64,000 nt of DNA from Cyanobacteria bacterium HKST-UBA04 (lineage in GTDB: Bacteria > Cyanobacteriota > Vampirovibrionia > Vampirovibrionales > JAGQHJ01): assembly GCA_020431915.1 (NCBI GenBank), contig JAGQHJ010000004.1, forward strand, positions 18,393-82,392, written 5' to 3'. The notes under the pieces are model-generated. The model searched no databases and was not told the origin of the DNA. It saw nothing but the letters and a program-made list of their open reading frames with translations. This document shows positions 19,095 to 26,827 of the stretch, piece by piece. A program made the position numbers and the translations under genes. The number at the start of each line of letters is the position of its first letter. The first letter of the stretch is position 1.

Positions 19095-19304
19095 CTAGGC
19101 CATCACGTTCAGACGGCTGCCCTGCATGGCGTTGCCCACTTTGGGCTGGTTTAGGTTACCGCCCACAAAGGCATTGCTGCTGACGGACTTACCAAACTCA
19201 ATATCGGGCAGTTGCATTTGTTGTTGTCTCGGGCCACCGGCAGACAAAGCCTGCGGGCTTTGCATCTGGTTACGGAAGGCAATCCCTTGCATCGCATTTA
19301 CCAT
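19095..19304 (-). CDS. small Gly/Gln/Asn-rich protein, paralog A of a 3-member family
   Basis: It shares MQGIA, SAGGP and a C-terminal AFVGG...LNVMA with the ORFs at 20366..20680 and 20829..21134. No TM segment, signal peptide or Cys. Confidence 0.6.
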   Translation of the reverse strand: MVNAMQGIAFRNQMQSPQALSAGGPRQQQMQLPDIEFGKSVSSNAFVGGNLNQPKVGNAMQGSRLNVMA

Positions 19305-19733
19305 AATGACGAGCTAACTCCTACAGTACAGTCTTTACCTAAAGTCCCACACGATTCGCTACGGGGTCTCGATTCGCACACATAAACGGGGAACGGGAAT
19401 AAAGTGGTGTTTCGCTGGCCGGTCAAGCGGGGTCTGTTTCATGGCCGCATCAAGCCAAACGCCACGTTTTTCACCCTCTATTATACCAGTTTTATAGCAA
19501 ACTGGCAAATAGGCCCTTAGAAACCACTGCAATTAGTACGTCTTGGCAGTTGTTAATCGCTGCATTCCCTGCCCAGTCTTTCAAAACCACCCCCGGCATA
19601 CGATAACCCCTTGAGCCGGGCCAGACTTGAAATCTTGCCCTTTTCAGCCTATGCTGCACCTAAGTTACCCCAGTAGACCGCTACTGTCGTGTCTTTTCAG
19701 TAAACAACCTTTGTTCAGGAAGGAGCCCTCCCC

Positions 19734-20255
19734 ATGATCCAAGTCGGCAAAGCCGCACCCGAATTTACCGCCCAAGCCGTCGTCGACGGCCAAATCAAGG
19801 AAGTAACCTTGAACCAGTACAAGGGCAAGTGGGTCGTACTGTTCTTTTACCCCCTCGATTTCACGTTTGTCTGCCCCACGGAGATCCAAGGCTTCGATGC
19901 CCAGTTTGCCGAGTTTGAAAAAGCCAACGCCCAAATTCTGGGTATCAGCGTGGACAGCGTCTACTCGCACCTCGACTGGATGAAAGACCTTGGTCAACTG
20001 AAGTTCCCGCTGCTGAGCGACATCACCAAACGCATCAGCCGCGAATACGGCGTACTGAAAGAAGATGCCGGCATCAGCTTCCGGGGCACCTTCCTCATCG
20101 ATCCCGATGGCGTGTTGCGCAGCTACGTGGTCAACGACCTGAACGTGGGCCGCAACGTGGAAGAAACCCTGCGTCTGGTCCAAGCCTTCCAAACCGGCGA
20201 ACTGTGCCAGGTGGGCTGGAAACCCGGCCAACAAACGCTGGGTGCTGCAGGCTAA
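19734..20255 (+). CDS. 2-Cys peroxiredoxin (AhpC/Prx1 family)
   Basis: [14 protein letters not shown] peroxidatic-Cys motif. The resolving Cys lies in [17 protein letters not shown] Shine-Dalgarno upstream. Confidence 0.92.
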   Translation: MIQVGKAAPEFTAQAVVDGQIKEVTLNQYKGKWVVLFFYPLDFTFVCPTEIQGFDAQFAEFEKANAQILGISVDSVYSHLDWMKDLGQLKFPLLSDITKRISREYGVLKEDAGISFRGTFLIDPDGVLRSYVVNDLNVGRNVEETLRLVQAFQTGELCQVGWKPGQQTLGAAG

Positions 20256-20308
20256 AACCTTACAGGCACACAGCGCCGGTTTACCCAAACCACCCCCCCA
20301 TCTTTAAC

Positions 20309-20345
20309 AAAAACCCCCGGTCTGGTTGCAGACCGGGGGTTTTTC
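20309..20345. terminator. bidirectional rho-independent terminator
   Basis: aaaaACCCCCGGTCtggttgcaGACCGGGGGTtttt. This is a 10-bp GC-rich stem flanked by an A-run and a T-run, between the convergent peroxiredoxin gene and the 104-aa gene. Confidence 0.9.
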
Positions 20346-20365
20346 AAATCTGGAAATGGCAGAGG

Positions 20366-20680
20366 TTAGGCGAAAATGTTGAGGCCTTGCGGACCATCAC
20401 TGGCCACACGGCTAAAGCCGCCAAAGGTTTTGGCAACCCCGTTCGTTACGTTGGGCGCCAGGTAGTTGATACCGACATCCGGGCCACCGGCTCTGGGGGG
20501 TTGTTGGGCCCCACGGGCCACGGCGGTAATGGCTTCAACCCCGTCCACCCCTTGGGTGAGGAAGGGATTGGACATAAACGGCGTGGTTTGCTGCTCGGCG
20601 GCACGCTGGCGACCCGCTTCCATTTGACGAAGCGCGTTGGTACCGGCGGTGATGTTTCTCAGTTGAGCGATGCCTTGCAT
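20366..20680 (-). CDS. small Gly/Gln/Pro-rich protein, paralog B of a 3-member family
   Basis: Shares MQGIA with A, SNPFL with C, RAGGP with both, and a C-terminal TFGGFSRVA...LNIFA. Bracketed by terminators. Confidence 0.65.
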   Translation of the reverse strand: MQGIAQLRNITAGTNALRQMEAGRQRAAEQQTTPFMSNPFLTQGVDGVEAITAVARGAQQPPRAGGPDVGINYLAPNVTNGVAKTFGGFSRVASDGPQGLNIFA

Positions 20681-20718
20681 AGCAAATCCAATACATTAAG
20701 TAACTCGTTATATGAATA

Positions 20719-20787
20719 AACAATCAAACGGGGCCAAAATTGCCTGTTTCATTTAATGTGTTTACTTATTTTAACAATCAAACGGGG
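20719..20787. repeat. two exact copies of the 15-mer AACAATCAAACGGGG, 54 bp apart, in the promoter region of paralog B
   Basis: Copies at 20719-20733 and 20773-20787, read directly. A CTGTTTCAT element (20744-20752) lies between them. Confidence 0.85.
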
Positions 20788-20789
20788 TC

Positions 20790-20815
20790 TAAAAATGGCC
20801 GACGGCTGGGTCGGC
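20790..20815 (-). terminator. rho-independent terminator after paralog C
   Basis: On the minus strand, GCCGAC-ccagcc-GTCGGC is followed by CATTTTTAG. It begins 14 nt after the stop codon of the 20829..21134 gene. Confidence 0.55.
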
Positions 20816-20828
20816 TTAACAAGCGGGG

Positions 20829-21134
20829 CTAGGCGAGGGTGTCCATCCGGTTGGCCACTTTGCTCAGGCCACCGCCAAACGTGGGCATCATGCCGCCATT
20901 TTGTCGGCTGGGATGCAGCAGACCGTTTTGCTGGCCCCCGATACCGGCCACCTTGGTTTGCAGGGGCGATTGCTGCCCAAAACCAACCTGCCGGCCTCCG
21001 GCAACACCGGCACCTGCACCCATCTGAGCAGGCTCGCGAACCGGGGGCTTCGGGCCGCCAGCACTTTGCGCCCGATCCAGGAACGGGTTGCTGGCTTGTG
21101 GCTTAATGGCTTGTGTTTGCCCAATTGGCGCCAT
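20829..21134 (-). CDS. small Gly/Gln/Pro-rich protein, paralog C of a 3-member family
   Basis: SNPFL, SAGGP and a C-terminal PTFGGGLSKVANRMDTLA are shared with A and B. It lies 114 nt downstream of the MerR gene on the same strand. Confidence 0.65.
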   Translation of the reverse strand: MAPIGQTQAIKPQASNPFLDRAQSAGGPKPPVREPAQMGAGAGVAGGRQVGFGQQSPLQTKVAGIGGQQNGLLHPSRQNGGMMPTFGGGLSKVANRMDTLA

Positions 21135-21248
21135 GGTGAATCGCGGTGTCCTAAAAAACGTCCCTACAAAATAGTCGCTGTTAGGATAAAACCATGAACA
21201 TAAGGGGCTTTGCTAAGCCAGGTACGGATTTTAAGATAAACTTAAGCT

Positions 21249-21731
21249 TTAGGGCTGCAGGTGGTTGGCCTTGTGCTGGCACCCAGGATCGCAGGGGGCG
21301 TTGTGGTGCTCGACCTGGCAGGTGGTACAGGCCTCAAGAATCGCCAGGGTACGGTCCACGTCCTGCTTCATTTCCTCCAGCTCAATAAGCTTTTCCATAA
21401 TCTTGTCGCGCTTAACCTTAAGCGCCGCGCGGGTATTGCGCACAATATCGGCATCGTCCTGCCAGTTGCTGCTGGTACCCATCAAGGCCCGGATATCGTC
21501 GAGAGAGAAGTCCAGCTTCTTGAGAGACGCAATAAACCCCAAGCGATGGATAACCGTGGGCGAATACAAGCGGAAGTTACCTTTTGTCCGGTTATCCGGT
21601 TCAATAAGGCCTAATTCCTCGTAATAGCGCAAGGTACGCAACGTTAACCCGGTTTGAGCCGCCACATCGCCTATTTTAAGCAAGCCCACTGGCATAGAAC
21701 AGCTTTTTATAGGTTGTTCCAGTACGATCAC
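21249..21731 (-). CDS. MerR family transcriptional regulator with a Cys/His-rich C-terminus
   Basis: HTH LKIGDVAAQTGLTLRTLRYYEELGLIEPDNRTKGNFRLYS, then a coiled-coil dimerisation helix. The tail CTTCQVEHHNAPCDPGCQHKANH has 4 Cys and 4 His. GTG start with GGAG 8 nt upstream. Confidence 0.88.
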   Translation of the reverse strand: MIVLEQPIKSCSMPVGLLKIGDVAAQTGLTLRTLRYYEELGLIEPDNRTKGNFRLYSPTVIHRLGFIASLKKLDFSLDDIRALMGTSSNWQDDADIVRNTRAALKVKRDKIMEKLIELEEMKQDVDRTLAILEACTTCQVEHHNAPCDPGCQHKANHLQP

Positions 21732-22140
21732 AGACGGATCTCCGTTTCCTGGGGCTGGGTTCGGGGAACCTCCTCCCTTACATGCAGGAGGGGGGCGCGT
21801 AAAAAATAGGGCGCCAAAACGCCTTTACTATAGCATACTCATGGTTTGCTCGCCCTAAAAGGGTTTAATAACGGGGACTTTAGGGAAAATTTTTTATAGA
21901 AACCCTGTCGTAAGGGCACCTTTAAGCATGCAGCAGGGTGCTGCACAAAGAAATGTTAACCCATGGGTTTAGCAACTCGGAGGGGGGGGAATAAGACATT
22001 CAGGACAGCACATTTGTTGTGGTGTTTACTGCATCCAAAAACACGGATCATTACCCATACCAAGTGTTGTTGGGGCAACTCCAGTTCTAACTTTGGTTCA
22101 GATAGGAAAGCAAGACAACGACGACTAGAGGAGTCAATAC

Positions 22141-22362
22141 ATGAACAATCTGATGAATGCGTGGTTTACTGCAAAAATGATGATTGCTACCAAGAAGCGC
22201 GGTCAAGGCGTTGTAGAATACGCCGGTGCTCTGGTAATTGCAGCCCTGATCGTAGGTGCTGTACTGACTGTAGGTCAAACCGGTATGCAAACTGCCTTCC
22301 AGGCCGTTATTACCGCTATCCAAACCTACCTGACCACCCAAGCCGGCAACATCGGTGGTTAA
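22141..22362 (+). CDS. flp: Flp family type IVb pilin
   Basis: 73 aa. Leader plus processing motif KKRGQG/VVEYAGALVIAALIVGAV (the G-xxxxEY Flp motif). AGAGGAG Shine-Dalgarno upstream. Confidence 0.85.
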   Translation: MNNLMNAWFTAKMMIATKKRGQGVVEYAGALVIAALIVGAVLTVGQTGMQTAFQAVITAIQTYLTTQAGNIGG

Positions 22363-22376
22363 TTAAACCAAGTTTT

Positions 22377-22414
22377 AGCGGTAGGGCCTTATGTTTCGGT
22401 AGGGCTCTACCGCT
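22377..22414 (+). terminator. hairpin after the pilin gene (terminator/attenuator candidate)
   Basis: AGCGGTAGGGCC (22377-88) pairs with GGCTCTACCGCT (22403-14), giving 12 bp with 1 mismatch, followed by T-rich tactcatttatt. It starts 15 nt after the flp stop. Confidence 0.5.
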
Positions 22415-22533
22415 TACTCATTTATTGGCAAAGTTTTTCTCTTAACTACTCAACACGTTACTGCGTTTTCCAGTCCCCACCCTGCACCAGGGTTATCCAT
22501 AGGGCAAGCACCAATCATACGGGGGTCTTAGCG

Positions 22534-22995
22534 ATGAAACTCATTTTCAACAAACAACGCGGACAAGCGTCTGTCGATTTAGTCGGCTCGCTCATTATGT
22601 TCACGGTAATGATGGGCTTTTTAGCCTCGATGTCTGTTTTTCTGTATATCAACAACGTCTTTACGACGGCTGCTTCGATGGGCGCCCGTACTGCCGCTGT
22701 TGAAGGCGCACTGGCTGATGCTGGAACCTTTTCACAAGGGGAATCTGCTGTAAAACAAGTCGTCAAGGACTTTGTGGGTAATTCTACCGGCATTACGCTT
22801 GAGGACAGTGACATCTCTGTCAGCATGCCGACCGGAACATTTGGCGAACGGACCGTGACGGTTCAAATCGTCGAGGTAATGGAGAGCCCGGTTAAAGTCA
22901 TGACCCTGCTCAACAACATGCGAGAAGAGGGGTCGTCAGGACACGAAGATGAGTTTACAATTAGTGCATCAGCTACTATGCACTATGAGGAGTAA
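22534..22995 (+). CDS. TadE-like pseudopilin
   Basis: N-terminal KQRGQASVDLVGSLIMFTVMMGFL, which is TadE/TadG-like N-terminal hydrophobic segment. Size and position inside a tad cluster fit. Confidence 0.65.
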   Translation: MKLIFNKQRGQASVDLVGSLIMFTVMMGFLASMSVFLYINNVFTTAASMGARTAAVEGALADAGTFSQGESAVKQVVKDFVGNSTGITLEDSDISVSMPTGTFGERTVTVQIVEVMESPVKVMTLLNNMREEGSSGHEDEFTISASATMHYEE

Positions 22996-23006
22996 ACACA
23001 GCTTCA

Positions 23007-24005
23007 ATGTCAGCTAAACCCAGTCCGGGTAAGAAAAAATTCCCAAAACTTAATATGGGCCAGGTTTTCATTATCCTGGGTCTGCTCAGTGCCGTGCTGA
23101 CGGTCATCCTGTTCCGCGGCATGAACCAGCAACCTGCCCAGGTAGAAGCCCCCACGAAAACCAAGGAGCTGGTCGTCGCGGTCCGCTCCATCCCCAAAGG
23201 CGAAGCCATTGGCCGGGGAGACGTCAAAAAAGTGGATTGGCCTGAAGAACTGTACCCGAAGCCTGAGTCGTACAAGAACCCCAAGGACATTATTGGTCGG
23301 GTTACCAGTACCGACATTTTGGCTGGCCAACCGGTGTTTAAGCTTAACCTGGCCGAAAAAGGGGCTCGAAGCGGCATCACCAACCTTATTCCTAACGGGT
23401 TCAGGGCCATTACGATTAGTGTCAGCGAAAGCAAGGCTGTGGCAGGCTTCATCAAGCCAGGCGACCACATTGATGTGCTGGCCACCTTTGAGATCCGCGT
23501 GGCCAAGGAGGCCAAAGAGAGCCTGCCGGTCGTACCCTGGGAAAACAATGTGCCCCTGACTGATACCGTAGTTCAGGATATTACCGTCTTGGCCATCGCC
23601 CAGGAGCTAGACGAGAAACAGCTTCCCTATGAAGACGATGAAGACGAGGATGAAGGCGATAAGGACAAGAAGAAGTCTGATAGTGCCAAGGTGGTTAGCA
23701 CCCTAACCTTGGCCGTGACGCCTGAACAGGCTGAGAAAATCGCGTTCTCGGAAGAACGGGGTAAGCTGAAGGTGGTGTTGCGCAACCACAACGACCAGCA
23801 AAAGCCTGTCTTGATTGGCACCGTCACCGACAGCATTGTGGATTTACAAGATGCCTTGGCCAAAGCCTTGGCTGACAAAGGTCAAACACGCGCCCCCAGA
23901 CCCAAGGTGGTACCCATGGGCCCCCCTCAGGAACCGGCACCTATATCTACCGTTGGTACGGTTGAAGTGATTAAGGGTACCGAAAGTACTGTCGTTTCTT
24001 TTTAA
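23007..24005 (+). CDS. cpaB: Flp pilus assembly protein CpaB/RcpC
   Basis: N-terminal anchor, SAF-like VAVRSIPKGEAIGRGDV, RcpC-like PNGFRAITISV...IKPGDHIDVL. It contains an acidic insertion YEDDEDEDEGDKDKKKSD. Confidence 0.8.
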   Translation: MSAKPSPGKKKFPKLNMGQVFIILGLLSAVLTVILFRGMNQQPAQVEAPTKTKELVVAVRSIPKGEAIGRGDVKKVDWPEELYPKPESYKNPKDIIGRVTSTDILAGQPVFKLNLAEKGARSGITNLIPNGFRAITISVSESKAVAGFIKPGDHIDVLATFEIRVAKEAKESLPVVPWENNVPLTDTVVQDITVLAIAQELDEKQLPYEDDEDEDEGDKDKKKSDSAKVVSTLTLAVTPEQAEKIAFSEERGKLKVVLRNHNDQQKPVLIGTVTDSIVDLQDALAKALADKGQTRAPRPKVVPMGPPQEPAPISTVGTVEVIKGTESTVVSF

Positions 24006-24136
24006 GCGTCTGTAAATTGCCTTCTATTGCCCTGCCTGACCGTGTTTTAGGCAGTGTTTATCGATGATCTACAAGTTAATGACAGGATTTATACAACTTG
24101 CGTGGCTGAAGGGCTTTTGATTTGATCGTAATCGGC

Positions 24137-24165
24137 TTCCTGTAATTCTGAAATTCACTTATAAT
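24137..24165 (+). promoter_or_regulatory. candidate internal promoter upstream of cpaC
   Basis: TTCCTG (24137-42), a 17-nt spacer, then TATAAT (24160-65), inside the AT-rich 268-bp cpaB-cpaC gap. Confidence 0.35.
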
Positions 24166-24273
24166 GTGTGTGTGCGAATACAGTGGCTTGATTTTACAGA
24201 ACTTCAGGGCCCTTAAACCCTCTGCTAACCTAATTTTATCCGTTTAGGCCCCGAGAGAGATTGTGACTGCGTT

Positions 24274-26358
24274 GTGATCCAACCCCCTCCTACTATTGGA
24301 AAACGCTTTGGCGCCCTGGCCATAGCTGTCCTGATGGCTTTAGCTCCACTAGGTGGGGTTGCCCCAGAGGCGCAGGCTCAAAGCGGGTATGATGTTCAGG
24401 CTGCCAACTATACCTCGGTGGGTGTGCCGCAGTTATCTGCCGGACTCATCAATTCCACCACGCAAATCGACCTGACCCTGGGCAAGGCCAAGGTCATTAA
24501 CCTTGACGTGCCGGCCAACCGCGTGGCCATCTCGAATCCCAACGTGGTGGGTATCGTGGTGATTACCCCCACCCAGGTCCAGCTCGTGGGCAAGGCCGTG
24601 GGTGTAGCCAACCTGCTGGTCTGGAGCGAAACCACCGGCGAAAGCACGCTAAGTATTGATATCTCCGTCAACCGCGACGTAGCTACCTTGGCTAAACAAC
24701 TCAAATTCATCGATCCTGACTTGACCGTACAACCGATGGCCGCCGAGGATACCATTATCCTGACAGGTATGGTCGACAGCCCTGAAGAAGCCCAAATTGC
24801 TTATGACTTGGCTGCCGCGTTTATGGCTACCCCAGTCACTACCCCGAGCGGGACTGCCGCTGCCGCTGCACCGCCTGCAACGGCTGTCAATCCGCAGTCC
24901 ATTCGCAGCACCTCCTCTGGCTCGGCTACCTTCGGCCCCAGTTCTAACAAAATCATCAACCTCATCAAGATAAAAGGCCAGGAATCGACCCGCAGCGGTC
25001 TCATACAAGCCAAACTCAAGGAAATCGATCCCAACATCAGCCTCCGCATTTTCCCCGGCTTTAACGGTGCAGAACGGGCCGTTTTGACCGGCCGGGTCAA
25101 GGACACAACCGTGGTAGCCAAAGCCGTCAACTTTACGGCCATGTTTTATGGTGAGCCGGGCCTCAAAATCATTGCCGGCCAGGGCGGGAATATTTTACAG
25201 GAGGGCCAGCAACAACAGGAGGCCCAGACAGATACCGGTAACTTTGCCCCGGATGAGGTGGAAGCAGGACTAGTGGGCAATTTTGGCAGTAACTTGCTTT
25301 ATGGTTCTATCGTGACCGATCAGACCGGTAATGTCGTTAGCTTGCTGGAAGTGGAAAAACGCCCGGTCGTTCGCACTAAGATTATGTTCCTTGAGGTGCG
25401 AAAGAACCGTCAATTTACCAGTAATAATTACGCACAAATCCTTGGTCGCGAGCTTAACCTCGTCACTCCCGGCGGCGCACTGGCCGTTGCAACCCCTACC
25501 CCCGCCATTATTCAGGCTCTGCCGAATGGGGTAAATGCAGCCCAAGCAGCGTTTGGAGGCCAGGAGTTTGGGGCCCTGCTCAGCGCCGTAGTTAATAGCG
25601 GTGACGCCCGTATTCTTGCCGAACCCACCATTACCACCCTCAGTGGCGAGCCCGCCTCCTTCCTGGCCGGTGGTGAATTTCCCATCCCGGTCTTGGGTAC
25701 CAATGGCCAGATTATTGTGACATTCAAACAGTTTGGGATTCGGCTGCAAATGCTGCCCACCATTACCGACCGCGGCACGGTACACATGCAGATTACACCT
25801 GAGGTCAGCAACATTGACCCCACCGCCGGCATTACCCTTCAGGGCATTACCGTCCCCGGCCTGGCCACACGCCGCTCGCAGGCCGTCGTGGAACTCAAGG
25901 ACGGCGACTACTTCGTGTTAGGCGGCCTGTACGATGATCGGCAGACCGACACCTACAACAAATTCCCAATTCTTGGCCAAATCCCGATACTTGGATCACT
26001 TTTCCGCAGCCAGGACTTCCAGCGCCAAAAGACCGAACTGGTGGTGGTCATTCACCCCGAAATTAAGCACGATATGGATTTAAGTGAATTGGAGGCCACG
26101 GCCCACCAGCCCGCCGACGATATTCAGGTACGGGCCTACACCGACGAACAAGTGCGCGACTGGGTGAATGCTGCCAATGAGACCAAGACCCAATCTACCG
26201 TCTTCGGGCTGCGTCACCCCAAGCGCGAGCGTGAGCTGGAATACACCACCACCCAGCTTAATTCGGGTATGAAACCCAAGGCATTCCCGCGCAACTTGTC
26301 GCCAAGCATGACCCCCGATCCGGGCCGGCAAACGCGCCTGATCATTGACGAAGAATAA
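24274..26358 (+). CDS. cpaC: Tad/type II family secretin CpaC/RcpA
   Basis: Signal peptide, BON-like N-domains, and a secretin core (ARILAEPTITTLSGEPASFLAGGEFPIP, LATRRSQAVVELKDGDYFVLGGL, PILGQIPILGSLFRS). There is a C-terminal extension of about 110 aa. Confidence 0.88.
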   Translation: MIQPPPTIGKRFGALAIAVLMALAPLGGVAPEAQAQSGYDVQAANYTSVGVPQLSAGLINSTTQIDLTLGKAKVINLDVPANRVAISNPNVVGIVVITPTQVQLVGKAVGVANLLVWSETTGESTLSIDISVNRDVATLAKQLKFIDPDLTVQPMAAEDTIILTGMVDSPEEAQIAYDLAAAFMATPVTTPSGTAAAAAPPATAVNPQSIRSTSSGSATFGPSSNKIINLIKIKGQESTRSGLIQAKLKEIDPNISLRIFPGFNGAERAVLTGRVKDTTVVAKAVNFTAMFYGEPGLKIIAGQGGNILQEGQQQQEAQTDTGNFAPDEVEAGLVGNFGSNLLYGSIVTDQTGNVVSLLEVEKRPVVRTKIMFLEVRKNRQFTSNNYAQILGRELNLVTPGGALAVATPTPAIIQALPNGVNAAQAAFGGQEFGALLSAVVNSGDARILAEPTITTLSGEPASFLAGGEFPIPVLGTNGQIIVTFKQFGIRLQMLPTITDRGTVHMQITPEVSNIDPTAGITLQGITVPGLATRRSQAVVELKDGDYFVLGGLYDDRQTDTYNKFPILGQIPILGSLFRSQDFQRQKTELVVVIHPEIKHDMDLSELEATAHQPADDIQVRAYTDEQVRDWVNAANETKTQSTVFGLRHPKRERELEYTTTQLNSGMKPKAFPRNLSPSMTPDPGRQTRLIIDEE

Positions 26359-26392
26359 CCCGTACGCTTAACATTCGTTCATATTTAATAAC

Positions 26393-26428
26393 GCCCGATA
26401 GTCCTATATAGACTGACTATTGGGCTTT
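26393..26428 (+). terminator. hairpin after cpaC (weak terminator candidate)
   Basis: GCCCGATAGTC (26393-403) pairs with GACTATTGGGC (26415-25), giving 11 bp including one G-U. Only TTT follows. Confidence 0.35.
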
Positions 26429-26518
26429 ACTGTTAAGCGTGAGTAACGCGGCCGGTTTAGACCACTGGCTAAAGTGGGAATGATACATAGGATGCATTGT
26501 GTTAATGAGGATTCTGCT

Positions 26519-26728
26519 ATGGGTTACATTGCGCGTTTATTCTTTTCTGCCTGCATGGTGGCCATCATGGCTGCAGGGTTTGGTACTTCAACCACCGTTC
26601 TGGCCGAGGAAATGCCGCCTCCCGGTGCCGAGGTTATCGAATGTAGCGATTACGATGACGACGGTATGTGTGAAGACATCGACATGGAAACCGGTGAACA
26701 AGAGGAAGAAACCGAGCTGGAAGGCTAA
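26519..26728 (+). CDS. small secreted hyper-acidic peptide (hypothetical)
   Basis: Start at the ATG at 26519 with GAGGA 8 nt upstream. Signal peptide MGYIARLFFSACMVAIMAAGFGTSTTVLA. The 40-aa mature part has 18 D/E, 2 Cys and no K/R. Confidence 0.55.
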   Translation: MGYIARLFFSACMVAIMAAGFGTSTTVLAEEMPPPGAEVIECSDYDDDGMCEDIDMETGEQEEETELEG

Positions 26729-26827
26729 AACGGTTTCTCTCTTTTGATGTCAAACAGCACGTGGCCGTATGGGTGCTTTGGCAATGCATCACCAAGATTT
26801 ACAACAACCAGTTGAGGAGATAGGGTA

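Noticed and set aside
21963-22445. 160-aa track ORF overlapping the flp pilin gene in another frame
   Set aside because: The 73-aa frame (22141..22362) carries the diagnostic Flp G/xxxxEY motif, a hydrophobic pilin core and a good RBS. The 160-aa frame is Cys/Arg-rich nonsense.
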